Shown here in pieces: positions 39,908 to 53,240 of a stretch of 64,000 nucleotides of DNA; position 1 is the stretch's first letter; the number at the start of each line of letters is the position of its first letter. Origin of the DNA: an uncultured delta proteobacterium (lineage in GTDB: Bacteria; Desulfobacterota; Desulfobacteria; Desulfobacterales; QNYZ01); the NCBI GenBank assembly GCA_963845145.1, contig CAWJQU010000008.1, positions 416,001 to 480,000 of the forward strand. The letters are read 5' to 3'. The notes beneath the pieces are model-generated. The model did not search any database and was not told the DNA's origin. It worked only from the letters and a program-made list of their open reading frames with translations. The position numbers and the translations under genes are program-made.

Positions 39908-42033
39908 CTACTCCGCAGGATTCTCGGTTGCTTTGGGGTCGTCATCCTGATTATCACTCTGGCTATCTTCAACCGAACCGGCCTCGGAAGAATCCGAATC
40001 GTCACCATCCACCACTTCGGTTTCATCCGCTACTTCGGTTTCTTCCGTTGCTTCCGTCGCTTCGGTCGCTTCGGTTTCTTCCGCTACGGTTGGCTCTACC
40101 CGTTTATTTTCAAATTTTTCTTGAAGGTTTTCTCTTAAAATTTCACCAAAGGTTGATGTGGGCGCCTTGGCCGTATTGACATAATCATTTAGCAGCCCCT
40201 GATCGTCCTCCATTTCCATCCGTTTGACGGAGAGGCCGATGCGTCGTTCTTCGCCGTTGATGTTCATTACTTTGGCCGTGAGCAGATCGCCGACCTGGAA
40301 CATATCCACAGGCGTCTTGATCTTCTCTTTACTGATCTCCGAAACATGCACCAACCCCTCAATGCCTTCCTCCAACTCCACAAAAATACCGAAGTCGGTG
40401 ACATTGGTAATGGTACCGGTGATTTCTTTGCCCACGTCGTAGCGGTCGCTGATCGTACTCCACGGGTCAGGTTCAAGCTGTTTTATCCCCAGCGAGAATC
40501 GTTCCCCTTCTTTATCGATGTCCAGCACTTTGGCCTGAACCATATCACCCTTTTTATATAGTTCGGAAGGATGTTTAATCCGTTTGACCCAGGAAATATC
40601 TGAAATATGAACCAGTCCGTCGATCCCTTCATCGATACCCACAAACATACCGAAATCGGTGATATTCTTAATTTTACCCTCAATGATCGTTCCGATGGGG
40701 TATTTTTCCGAAATCTCGTCCCAGGGATTGGGAACCACCTGTTTCATGCCAAGGGAAATGCGTCGGTTCTTGGGTTTGATGTCCAGAACAACGGCCTCGA
40801 CCTCATCTGCAACGGAAACCACTTTGGATGGGTGTCGAATTTTGCGAGTCCAGGACATTTCCGACACATGGATCAATCCTTCGATACCCTCTTCCAGTTC
40901 GACAAAAGCGCCGTAATCGGTCAGGCTGACCACTCGCCCAATGACCCGCTCTGTGATCGGATATTTTTCTTCTGCCGACAGCCACGGATCCGGCGTCAAT
41001 TGTTTAACCCCTAAGCGACACACGCTCTTTTTCAAGATCGATATTCAGTATCTTTACGGTGATGTTGTCTCCGACTGAAAACAGATCGGACGGATGTTTG
41101 ACACGGCCCCAGGACATATCGGTAATGTGCAGCAGGCCGTCCACGCCGCCCAAATCGACGAACACACCATATTCGGTAATATTTTTAACTTCGCCCTTCG
41201 ACTTCCTTGCCCTCATAAATCGACGCCAGGGTATCCGTCCTCATTGATTCCCGTTCGGATTCCATCAGAACCCGTCGGGACAGGACAATATTGCTTCTTT
41301 TACGGTTAAATTTTAACACTTTGAATTTGAATGTGCCACCGACAATATCATCAAGGTGACGCACGGGACGTAAATCCGCCTGGGATCCGGGTAAAAAAGC
41401 CTGAACCCCAACATCAACGGAAAAGCCACCCTTCACACGACTGGTAATAACGCCCTCAATGGGTTCTTCGTTTTTATAGGCCTGTTTGATGGCGTCCCAG
41501 ACCTTTACTTTTTCGGCTTTCTCTTTTGATAGGTTAACAACTTCATTTTCGTCATCCCAGAATTCGACCATGACCTCAACACTGTCACCAATCGCCGCAT
41601 CGGTATTACCCTCTTCATTGATAAATTCTTCAATGCGGATCTGACCTTCGGATTTGTACCCGATATCCACAAGGACATGATTCTTATCGATGGAGATAAT
41701 CCGGCCGGTTACGACCTGACCTTCTTCGAATTGTTTGAAGCTCTCTTCGTACATCTCCATCAAGGATTCCATCGTTTCCGGTTCATCGCCGGAAGCAATA
41801 TCGCCGGAAGCTTCATCGCCAGAAGCTATATCTGGAGATACATCAGCCGGTGTCTCGGATGCCTCATTGGGTTGTGCATCCGCATCGCTCCCGCTTACCG
41901 GTGAACCTTCCATTTCTGAATCCGTCGCCATTTCGGCAGTGACCTCAAGATCATTCACCGGGGCTGCATCTGTGTCCTGTGATTGGTTTTCATTCATTTG
42001 ATTGGTTGACATGTTTTCACCTACATCGTTCAT
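39908..42033 (-). CDS. rpsA: 30S ribosomal protein S1 (apparent frameshifts near 41010 and 41195)
   Basis: Six S1 repeats across three ORF pieces ([34 protein letters not shown]). Confidence 0.95.
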
Positions 42034-42249
42034 TAAGTTAATCCCCCTTAGCCAATTTGTTTATGCGCTTGTCTGTTCGAAAAACGGTTGAAAACGCATA
42101 ACCTTGCCCATGTAACAAAGTAAAAATGGATATACAACCAAAAAATGGCGTACGGGTAAGAAATTGTTGAGATGCTTTCTTGAAGAGGAGAGGGATCGGC
42201 CAAACATATTGGCCGCATATATAGGCCTGGTTACGTCCCGGTGTGCGGC

Positions 42250-42941
42250 TCAGGCGAGCGACCACTCTATCGACAATCCGCGCCACGACCTGGTCGATGG
42301 TCAGCACCGTCGTATCCAGCTGCACAGCGTCATCGGCTGCTTTCAGAGGCGCCACAACCCGCGAAGCATCATTGGTATCCCTTTGAACCATATCCGCTTT
42401 AACCCGCTCAAACGTCAAATCCGCCCCATGGTTCAATTCACGATATCTTCGTTTGGCCCGGACGTTCACATCGGCATCCAGAAAAAATTTAACTTCAGCA
42501 TGAGGGAAAACCACGGTTCCCATATCCCGCCCTTCAAATACGGCTCGTCGATTGAAGGCCCAGATCCCGCTGCAATTTCAATAAATAGTTCGGCGAACCA
42601 CCGGTCGGGCAGAAACCGCCGAGGCGGACATGGAGATATGCGGCGTCCGAATTTCTCGCTAATATCCGCTCCGTTCACCCAAAGCACGCAACCCCTGTTC
42701 AGCCCGTATCAGCCGAATGGATAACGACCGGCAGAGTCGATCAAGGGCGACATCGTCGGTCAGGCTGATTTCCGAGCGAACGGCAGCAAAAGCAATGCCA
42801 CGGTAAAGGGCGCCAGTATCCACATAGTCGAAGCCCAGTTTTTCAGCTACCAGCCGGCTGACCGTGGTTTTTCCGGAGCCGGCTGGTCCGTCGATGGTAA
42901 CGATAAACGATTTGTCTACGAGGCCGGCAGTGAGATGTCAT
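42250..42941 (-). CDS. cmk: Cytidylate kinase (frameshifted; approximate ends)
   Basis: IVTIDGPAGSGKTT, DTGALYR, MGTVVFPHAEVKFFL, RDTND. Confidence 0.88.
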
Positions 42942-44057
42942 GTTCACACCGCACTATTCTTGGGACCGAAATTTTCGCAAGCGCCTCGATGAGTCGCCTG
43001 TTTTCTTCCGGCAAGCCGACATTCACACGAATATAATGGGGGTAACCATAGGCGGCCATGGAACGGACGATCACGCCCTGTCGAAGCAAATGTTCGTAAA
43101 TATCGGCGGCGGACGTGTCCACATCAATTAGCAGAAAGTTGGCTTCGGTGGGAAAATAGCGAAACCCCAGATTCATCCAGGGCGCCGGCGAGATAGGCCA
43201 GGCCATCGTGGACCAGATGTCGGGTTTTTTCCCGAAAACCCGGTATCCTCCAAAGCGGCCATGGCCGCTGCCTGGGCAGGGATGTTCACATTAAACGGAA
43301 TCTCACCCGATGGAGGATGGCGGCGATGTCCGGTGCCATCAGGCCATAGCCAATCCTTAGTCCCGCCAGGCCATAAATCTTGGAAAACGTACGCAGGGTC
43401 ACGACGGCCCGATCATGGTCGAATATATTCGGTTCCACGAGGGACAATCATCTGCTCTTACGAATTCCCCGTAGGCTTCATCCACCACCACCACCAGATC
43501 CGGATGGAATACTTTCAAGAAAAGCGTCAAAGGCCTTGCGCTTAAATAACAGTTCCGGTGGGATTATTGGGGTTACATAAAAAAACCATGCGACAGTCTC
43601 GGTAACCTGGGCCGGCTAATGCCTCGAGATCAATGGTCAGACCATTTAAAGGAACAAACCGGCATTCTGCACCTGCCCACCGAACCACCAACTCATACAT
43701 CAAAAATGAGGGTTGCGGGATGAGCGCCGATATCACCGGGACTCAAAAATGCCCGCGCGAGCATGGTCAGCACCTCATCTGATCCGTTACCCAACACGAT
43801 GGTTTCCGGGGCCACAGACAATTGCGTCGCCAATCGATGAATCAATTCATGCCCCCCATCATCCGGATACCGATGCATGTTATCCAGAACCGACCGAATG
43901 GCATCCATGGCCATGGGAGACGGGCCCAAGCGGGTTTTCATTAGAGGCTAGTTTTATGGAGTCTCGGATACCATATTCCCGCTCAAGCTCTTCGATCGGT
44001 TTTCCCGGAAGGTATGGTTTAAGCGAGCAGGATATGTTCGGGAACGGTGAGTGACAT
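42940..44057 (-). CDS. hisC: Histidinol-phosphate aminotransferase (frameshifted; approximate)
   Basis: [34 protein letters not shown]. Confidence 0.88.
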
Positions 44058-44059
44058 GG

Positions 44060-44621
44060 GTTCTGGATTCACGATGGTTTCAATCCGCCTTGAGCCGCTT
44101 TTAACCCGCTTCGATCGCTTTCATGTTGATCGGAATCAGTTTTTCCTTATTTGGGCAAATTCCTCTTTGACACACTCGCGCAACTGGTCAAGGTCTACCA
44201 CCTGGAGCGTGCCACAAAGGACGCTAGGGCGACAATATTGGCGGCCCGGGCATTCCCGATTGATTTGGCAATATCGACCACTGGTACGGACTAGTTCATC
44301 CACATCATTCCGATCCGATTTAATATCGATCAGTGAACTGTTGATAAAAATGACACCCCCGGGTTTCACCATCGGTGCAAATTTCTCCAGGGACGGTCGG
44401 TTCATGGCTACCAGGTGCAAGGGATTACGAATAATGGGGGAGCCGATGGGCCGATCACTGATTACAACCGTGCAATAGGCGGTACCGCCGCGCATTTCCG
44501 GGCCGTAGGAAGGAATCCATGCCACTTCATGCCCTTCTTCCATGGCCGTATGGGCCAGAATTTTTCCGATCAGCAGGATTCCCTGACCGCCAAACCCGGC
44601 AAACATGACTTCACTTTGCAT
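44060..44621 (-). CDS. 2-oxoacid:ferredoxin oxidoreductase gamma subunit (frameshifted)
   Basis: [19 protein letters not shown]. Confidence 0.88.
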
Positions 44622-44656
44622 GGTAACCTCTTAATTAAAAGTCCGTGTGGGGATAT

Positions 44657-45414
44657 TTAAGCCGCCAGCCGTTCTTGATCCGGAGTTTTAAAGTCACCTA
44701 AAGGGTAGTAGGGTAACATGTGCTTTTCTGCCCAATCCAGAGATTCCGCCGGCGTCATCCCCCAGTTCGTGGGACAATTACTGATGACTTCAACAAAACT
44801 AAACAACGATTTTCCATTTGATAGATGAAGGCCTGCTTGATTGCTTTTTTAGCTTTGACGATATATTTGGGCCGGATCGCCGCCCGTCGAACAACATAGG
44901 CCGGCGTTTCCAAGGTAGCAATCAGTTCGGCCACCTTGATGGGCATACCAACTACTTCCGGTATCGCGCCCCATGGGAGATGTGGTTGTTCGCTGTCCGG
45001 GCATGGTGGTAGGAGCCATCTGGCCGCCAGTCATACCGTAAACAGCGTTATTGACGAAAATCGGTGGTAAACTTCTCGCCGCGGTTGGCGGCATGAATGA
45101 TCTCAGCCCATGCCGATACTGGCCAAATCCCCATCTCCCTGATAGGTAAATACCATCAAATCAGGACGAACCCGCTTGATCCCGGTGGCCATGGCCGGTG
45201 CACGGCCATGGGCGGCCTCCTGGAAATCAAAAGTAAAATAGTTATACGCCAGCACCGCGCATCCCACCGGCGCAATTCCGACGGTACGTCCCCGGATACC
45301 CAGTTCATCAATGACTTCAGCCACCAGCCGATGGATGACGCCATGCGTGCATCCAGGGCAATAATGAGTAACCGCGTCCGAAAGGGCTTCGGGTCGTTGA
45401 AATGTCTTTCCCAT
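44657..45414 (-). CDS. 2-oxoacid:ferredoxin oxidoreductase beta subunit (frameshifted)
   Basis: [29 protein letters not shown]. Confidence 0.9.
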
Positions 45415-45491
45415 GGATTAGTCTCCTCTTAAAAAATTGAAGCGTGGTTAAGGTCGATTGATAATGACCGCTCTTAACCTTGGGTTCCTAC

Positions 45492-45526
45492 CAATCGTCA
45501 ATCTTCAATCATAAATCGCCAATCAC
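45492..45526. repeat. Five degenerate 7-mer tandem repeats
   Basis: CAATCGT CAATCTT CAATCAT AAATCGC CAATCAC. Confidence 0.6.
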
Positions 45527-46591
45527 ACCTTCACCGCCCCCATCACATCTTCCGGGGTCGGTACATCGCCACCGCATTTACCGTACCACTTAACCGGTCG
45601 TTTCGCCCTCACCGCCAGACGCACATCTTCGACCATCTGCCCCATATTCATTTCAATGCTATAAACACCCGTTGACAGCTTGCCTTGACGGCAGCGCTCT
45701 GCACGGCCTTTTCAGGAAACGGAAACAAGCGTCTGGGGCCGAATGAACCCACATCTCGATACCTTCTTTTTTCAGGTTATCAATAGCCGTTCGGCAAACA
45801 CGACTCATGGTGCCATAACTAACAATAAGAGCATTCATAATCCGAATCGGTATTGTACGAATCATAGCGGATCTCTTCCGGCGCCATCCGCTCGTATTTG
45901 GCCTTAAGCATAAGGTTATGCGCATTTAATTCATCGGGATCCAGGTAAAGCGATTTAACCAGGTTACGCGTTGTCGCGTCCCGGTGCATCCATACCGCTG
46001 GTGGCCCAGTCATCTTTGTTGCTCGAATCGGATTATAATTATCAGGGAAAGGCTACCGGCTCCATCATCTGGCCGATAAGGCCGTCACCTAAAATCATCA
46101 CCGGATTGCGGTATTTTTCGGCCAGCGGGAAATGCTTGCATCACCATTTCCACAGCCTCCTGAACACTGGCCGGCGCCATGACCAGCATTTTATAATCGC
46201 CATGGCCGCCTCCTTTGATGGATTGAAAATAATCTGCCTGGGAAGGCAGAATGCCGCCTAGACCGGGGCCTCCCCGCATAATGTTAACAAAAACCGCCGG
46301 ACATTGCGCACCGGCGATATAACTGATCCCTTCGGACATCAAACTGATACCGGGACTGGACGAAGTCGTGAAAACCCGCTCACCACAAGCGGCTGCACCG
46401 AAAATCATATATGATACGGCCACTTCACTTTCTCCTTGTAAAAATACGCCCCCCACTTCCGGCATACGCCGTGACAAATATTCGGCCACTTCCGATTGGG
46501 GCGTAATCGGATAGGCAAAATAGTTTAAACACCCGGCCCGAATGGCGGCTTCGCCGATGGCTTCATTGCCTTTCATTAAGACTTTACCCAT
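45523..46591 (-). CDS. 2-oxoacid:ferredoxin oxidoreductase alpha subunit (VorB-like; frameshifted)
   Basis: [36 protein letters not shown]. Confidence 0.9.
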
Positions 46592-46606
46592 TGTCTCCTC
46601 CCTTAC

Positions 46607-46839
46607 TTACGACGACGGCTTGTCTTCAACTGTTTCAGTGATGGTGATGGCCACGTCCGGGCAGATACGACAACAGGTGGCACAAAAAACACAATCATCG
46701 GGACGTGCCTGGTAGGCCGGAAAATAACCTTTTGGGCTCACGCTGGTTGACAATTTCCAATACATTTTTCGGGACATACGGTGACGCACAAGCCGCAACC
46801 TTTGCAGTATTCAATATCAATAGAATATTTATATGTCAT
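46607..46839 (-). CDS. 4Fe-4S ferredoxin-like delta subunit (frameshifted)
   Basis: CKGCGLC..CP and CVFCATCCRICPD. Confidence 0.82.
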
Positions 46840-46899
46840 TTCGTCAACTCCTCTTTCATCATTTCCAAGGGCCGCATTGAACCAAATCCTGCCCCGGTC

Positions 46900-47690
46900 C
46901 CTTGATTACCATGGAGCTTCCCATCAGCCTGGCCCCAATTTTTCGACCCGGGCCTTGACTCCTGAAAGCCGGCCGGTGAACGCCAGGGAGGAACGAGCTG
47001 GCGATGAATAGGCAGCACCGGGCAGGAAAACCGATCTGGATCGACCCCATCCAGAACTCTTTTCTCAGCAGTGATAAACAATCAGCGGAAGTTCACTTTC
47101 GATCGGATAGCTTACGCAAACGAATGTATAGCCAATTAATAATATCATCAAGGGTTGTTTCGTCAATCAAATTGGCGTTTCCCACCAGATCCGGTAACCG
47201 TCATCCGGGCAGCGTATCTCAATCTTTTCCTTATTTTCAAACAACCTTCAAGCGTATCGGTATACGGCCTATAGGGATTAATCACCTGAAGCATCTGCAC
47301 CGATTGATCTTGTAGCACATCGAATAGAGACGATAATACCGTTGCCCCGACATTCATCACCACCGACATCCAGAAGGGTTAACTGACTCGGCTGACGGAT
47401 CATACCCGGCCACTTTGGGGCTCAAGATGGGAAGGTCGGCATGAACGTAACGTTCCGGTGGTATTACCACTTCGATTCCCATTTGGCCGAGCGTACCACG
47501 CACCTCACGGCTTCGAAAATAGGGATTGACCAGATCGAGATCGGCAATCCGCACATCAATACCCGCCTGCAAGCCGATGAACCGCCAAATTGATGGTAAC
47601 TTCCGATTTGCCGCTGCCGTAGTTCCCCACGACAACCACAATGCCTTCAAGATTGATATCCCCGTCGCCAATCTTACACCTTATTTTTTT
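46900..47690 (-). CDS. P-loop ATP-binding-like protein preceding the OFOR operon (frameshifted; approximate)
   Basis: GNYGSGK, DLDLVNPYFRSRE, HADLP, VGATVL, INPYRPYT. Confidence 0.7.
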
Positions 47691-47901
47691 ACAGCCCAAT
47701 TAATGCCGAAGCCCGTTTGTATTTTCAACGTCCTCTTTTGTCAAGCCGTGCCGAAGACGATTCATAGCGAACTAGACCAACTTTTTGCAGCGCCACTTTC
47801 GTCAAATTCAGCCCGTATGCTATACTCCTTCCAGAGAATAAGCACCCGGCCAACTTATCGACGCCCTGCATCATGTTATCATCCCGTATGGGATAATGTC
47901 A

Positions 47902-49095
47902 ATGAAATCGGTTCAAACCGGCCTTGAAAATATGATGCAGTCCCCGCCTGAATATTTATCCGGGACGACGATCTGGGGCTGTTGTGCAATCCGGCATCAG
48001 TGGACGGTCAGTTGCGCCATGCCCGTGAACTGATCAATGACGCGTTTTCCCGGCCAACTGACCGCCCTGTTTTTCTCCTCAACACGGTTTTTTTTCCGAA
48101 AAACAGGACAACATGGTGGAATCAACCCACATGCGGGACCCGAAATTGGATATCCCGATGTTCAGTCTTTATGGCGAAAACCCGGATCCCTACCAGGCTG
48201 ATATGCTGAGCCACCTGGATGTCTTGATAATCGATCTTCAGGATGTGGGTACGCGAGTATATACCTTTATCTATACTGTTTCTTACTGCCTTGAAGCCGC
48301 CAGACAACATGGTAAAAAAGTGTTGGTTCTCGACCGGCCCAATCCGGTAAACGGATTGTCAGTGGAAGGAAACATGTTGAAACCGGAATGGGCCTCTTTT
48401 GTGGGGCGCTATGAAATCCCCATGCGCCATGGATTGACCATGGCGGAGCTTGCGCCTGTTGATCAATGACCATTTAAAATCGGATGCGATTTATCGATTA
48501 TCCCCATGACCGGTTGGCACCGCAATATGTTTTTCAGTGATACCGGTTTATTCTGGGTACCACCGTCGCCCAATCTCCCGACGCCGACTTCTGCCTGGTT
48601 TACCCGGGCCAGGTGCTTGTGGGAGGGAACCAACGTTTCCGAAGGCAGGGGAACCGTGTTGCCCTTTGAGCTTTTTGGTGCGCCTTACACGGACCCTGAA
48701 AAAATCATGGCCTTCATTGGCGGCCGGCAACAATGGGAGCGGTTTTACGGCCGGCGGCTTTTGAACCTGTTGCCAACAAATGGAAAGGCACGACTGTGCC
48801 ATGGGTTTCAGATTCATATAACCGATCCGTCATTCCTTTAGCCCATATCATTTAACATTGAACCTGATGCAGGCGATCATGGAACCCATCCCGATGACTT
48901 TCGAATATACAAACACCGCCTTACGAATACGAATATGAGCGCCTTCCCATGGACTTGATCATCGGGGACCAGGATCTCCGCCGTCGAATCGAAAATCTGG
49001 AACCCATGGACACCATTGAAAATCATGGCGACCGGCATTGGCAGATGTTCATCGAACCGAAAGCCGCCCCTACCTCTTATATGACAAGGGTTGTG
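47902..49095 (+). CDS. namZ: Exo-beta-N-acetylmuramidase NamZ (DUF1343; frameshifted)
   Basis: [52 protein letters not shown]. Confidence 0.88.
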
Positions 49096-49108
49096 AGCGG
49101 GAAATCAG

Positions 49109-49790
49109 ATGAGCAGAGTTGAAGTTCTTTGGCAGCGTAAACAGTTTAAAGGAAATAAGGTATGGATGATGGTCGACAGGAAGGAGAGCCCCATCGTCAG
49201 AGATGAAAAGGTATTGATCAAATATAACCTTAAAGCAGGATTATGAATACTGGGTGCAGCAAAAGAGCGTCACGGCAATAGACTCCAAACAATTGAAGAC
49301 AAAACATACCGGCAAAAAAAGATCCCGTCATGAAGTAAAAATCCCAACGAAGAAGGGCCGCAATCTATGAAACGGACCAGGAACCAAATGCCGTCATTAT
49401 TTTCACGGATGGTGCTTCATCAGGCAATCCGGGACCAGCCGGTATCGGCGTCCTTTTGCGCTATGGGGCGAAAGAAAAAGAGATTTCTAAACCAATCGGT
49501 CGGGCCACCAATAATGTGGCCGAGCTGGAGGCGATCCGGGCTGGGTTGGCCGCGTTAAAAAAGACCCATCATCCCGTGCGCGTGTATACGGACAGTGCTT
49601 ATGCCCTGGGGGTTTGACCCTCGGATGGGAGGCCAAAAAAAACACCGGGCTTATCGACTCAGTCAAACAACTAATGGATCGCAATTTGAAGATATCAAAT
49701 TAATAAAGGTTCCCGGGCATTCAGGCATAGCGGAAAATGAGCGCGCGGATGCGCTTGCCGTGGCTGGAATAACGGCCGCTCATTGAAATC
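49109..49790 (+). CDS. rnhA: Ribonuclease HI with an N-terminal extension (frameshifted)
   Basis: [45 protein letters not shown]. Confidence 0.85.
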
Positions 49791-49862
49791 AAAGCTGAAT
49801 AAACCGACCAGCCTCGGAGAAATCGGGGGTTGTACCGGTGCTGTTCGTTATAAAAAAGATAA

Positions 49863-49896
49863 AAAAACCCTGCCGCCGAAAGGCATGCAGGGTTTT
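49863..49896. terminator. Probable bidirectional terminator
   Basis: AAAACCCTGC..GCAGGGTTTT hairpin between convergent genes. Confidence 0.6.
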
Positions 49897-49927
49897 GGTG
49901 TCTTATTTTTAACGAATGAACTGGGAA

Positions 49928-50209
49928 CTACGCTTTGTCCGTTTTCAGGGTATCGATCTCTTTTTTCAGATCATCAATCTCTTGCTTATACTTTTCACTG
50001 TCATCACTAGCGGTCATATCAATGGGATTGCTGTCTTTCTTCCAGGTATCTTTTAACTCATCAAATCCCAGATAAAGGGCCAACCCACCGCCTAAGAGCA
50101 ACATAATCGGTAACACACCGGCAATAACCTGAAGGAATTCACCGAACCAGACGGAAATTCCGATTAACCCAAGAACTGCTGCAACCGCGCCACCAATTAA
50201 CGTTTTCAT
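49928..50209 (-). CDS. Small two-TM membrane protein with a coiled-coil tail
   Basis: GGAGG RBS; two hydrophobic helices; YKQEIDDLKKEIDTLK. Confidence 0.8.
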   Translation of the reverse strand: MKTLIGGAVAAVLGLIGISVWFGEFLQVIAGVLPIMLLLGGGLALYLGFDELKDTWKKDSNPIDMTASDDSEKYKQEIDDLKKEIDTLKTDKA

Positions 50210-50584
50210 TGAAATACACCCTCCTTATTGTTGTTCTGCATATAATTTTTTTCACATTGGCCATTTGTCGGCCATTTGGTTTCAGTTGCCAAATTGACCC
50301 AACACACCCAAATAGCCATGCCATCAATTCCCAAAATATTCAAAAATCCTACCACACGAAAAAAAAGAACGCAAGCGTAAAAATAATGTATGGTTGCAAA
50401 GCCAAATGGCATTTGGTACCGTTCAAGACCGCTTAAAGAGCGTCGCATCGGGTAGGCCCCAATCCGCATCTGAAGACGAATAAAATGCCGGCCGGGTTGG
50501 GTTTCATTAACAGGCGCCGAATCCTGATCGATAAAATTAACCCATAACATTAAGCCACGACTACCGTGGCATAATTGATGAACC

Positions 50585-53235
50585 ATGATAAAAAAACTAC
50601 GACAATCCGGGCTGGGGGAAAGGGTCAAAACGATATTCAACCGCTTGATTCGGGGCAGTCGGGATCATTACCTATGTCATTTACCCTATCCCACAGGACA
50701 AATATCGAGATGGTTTTTAAAACATTTTTACTCAGGCATTCGCATTGATCCGGACCAGATTACCTGGTTCGCCAGTCCCCTGAGGGTGCCATCGTTATTT
50801 ATGTAAATAAATTTCGAAGCAATTTTGAATACTTATTTTACCACACCCGTTATGGCTTGCTTAATTTACCCGTGCCTGAAATCTGGTTAGACCACAATGT
50901 GGTAATCTGGCAACGATTGTCCCGACTCTTTCGGATTTTTTTAACCCATACCCACCACGCCATTTTCAAGCGCCATATCCTCACGCCTTATAAAAGTGGC
51001 TATATTGAACGATCACTTACGGGAAATAAGGCCGGCATTGTCTCTTTGGTGGGAAAAAGAGGTTTTGACCGCTGGTTTGTCAATACCAAGACCGACCCGT
51101 TTAAATATTTTAATAACCCTTCAACGGAAAACGAAACGGCCCATAATTCTGATTCCCCAACTCCAATTTTATGATCGAAAGCCAATCAGCCGAAAAATGA
51201 CGTTTATTGATATAATTTTTGGCAGTCGGCATAAACCCGGCAAACTCCGCCGGGTGGTCACCATGATCAGAAAACCCGGAAAGGTATTCGTTGAGATCGC
51301 CGGCCCCTTAAATCTAATGATTTCCTAGCGGTCCCGGAGCATTGGCGCCATCAAGATGATCACTTGGCCTTGTTGCTTCGCCGCAAACTGCTTAAAAAAA
51401 TCAATCTTCACCGGCAAAGTATCACGGGCCCGATTATCAAATTCCATGAGGAATCGGGAAGAGATTCTCACCAGTGGGCGCTTGCGAGAATATATGCGTT
51501 CATCACGCTGAAACAAAAGAGATTCCGATTCACAAGGTTCGCAAACAAGCCGCCGGATATGTCGATGAAATTGCCGCCCGCTACTCACCTACATTTGTCA
51601 AGGCCGTCGCTCCCATCGTCGGATGGCTAATCAATTCCATGTTCGACGAACGTGGCCGTTAACAAAGAGATTTTTCTTCATCTTAAGGCAGCGCCCGAAA
51701 AGGTCCGTTGATATTTGTCCCCTGCCACAAGAGCCATATGGATTATCTTATTCTGCCATACATTCTGTATATGAATAATTTGCCCGCGCCGCATATCGTT
51801 GCCGGAAAGAACATGTTCTTCCCACCTTTTGGTACCATTCGCCCGGGCCAGGCGGCGGATTCTCCATACGACGCACCTTTCGAGGGGCTGCTTTCTACTC
51901 CAAAGTGTTCTCGGAATACATTCATAAGCTTCTCCAGGAAGGGTTTAATATAAAAATCTATGTGGAAGGAACCCGAAGTCGTTCAGGGAAACTGCTCACC
52001 CCCAAACTGGGATTCCTTTCCATATTGCTGAATGCCTATAAAAACAAAGCCTGCAAGGAAATGTCCTTCGTCCCCATTTTTATTGGCTATGATCGGGTTC
52101 TGGAGGAAAAGTCGTACCTGCACGAACAAGAAGGCGGCGAGAAAAAACCTGAAAGTATTTGGCAGGTGCATCCGGGCCAGGAAATTTTTAAAAAAGAGGT
52201 GGGGCCGGGTTCAACGTCGGTTTCATAAACCCATATCGCTATCCTTGCTGGAGGCCAATCAGGCCAACCCTGTCGCTAAAATGACGTCCAAGGAGCTAAA
52301 TACTTTTTGCCGTGAATTGGGGTTTCGGGTTATTAATGCCATCGACCGATCATCCAATGTCACGCCTTATGGGTTGGTGGCGGCCGCTTTGTTAAATAGT
52401 GACCAGGAACGCATATACTTATGATCACTTCATGGCTTATATCAATACCTATTTAAATTATTTAATCAGCCGCGAGGCCGAGCTGTCGGACGCTCATTTT
52501 GCTGGATCCTGCTTATTCCGTTTCGCAGGTGCTAACCGATTATTCCAACGCGGTTATATCGAGCGGATGCGTGGAAACCAAACACACGCCTGGTGACCGA
52601 TGAGATATTTAAAATTGTTACAACAAACGACCTAATCTCGATTTTTATAAAAACAATTGCATCAGTATTTTTCGTGCCGGCCGCGATCACAGCTCTAACC
52701 ATCCTCCACAACGACGCGTTTCAATTTTCCTCGGCGGACTTGCATACCCACTATGCCGAGCTTCAAAGCTCTGTTTAGAAACGAGTTTGCTTACGATATC
52801 GACCTAACATCGGATTTTTATGTCCGCAAATGTCATCAAGGCATTTATCAATGAAGCCATCTTAATCCCCCATCCCACGATGCCGGACACCTATAATCTG
52901 ACATCGGCCGGCTTTCGAAAATTAAGAAATTTTTCCGGATTTCTAAAACCCTATCTCGAATCCTATTTGATCGTACTTAAATGTGCTTTCGGAAGGATCA
53001 AAAAACAACATCAACCCGAAACGCCAATTAAAAGGATCATTTCCCGGGGAAATCACATGTATCGGCAAAAAGAAGTGAGCCGCAAGGAAGCGTTAAGTCA
53101 AATCAATTACACAAATGCTGTAGCCTATTTTAAAACCAAGGGCATCCGGGGGGAAAAGGGAGCCGATCAGATCGACCATTACGAAGAATGATCGAATCAC
53201 TACCTGGAACGGCTGTCCTGATGGCAGAGATCTGA
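50585..53235 (+). CDS. plsB: Glycerol-3-phosphate acyltransferase PlsB-like (frameshifted)
   Basis: PCHKSHMDY (HxxxxD), AGKNM, EGTRSRSGKLL.PKLG, YDRVLEE. Confidence 0.85.
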
Positions 53236-53240
53236 GCCCC

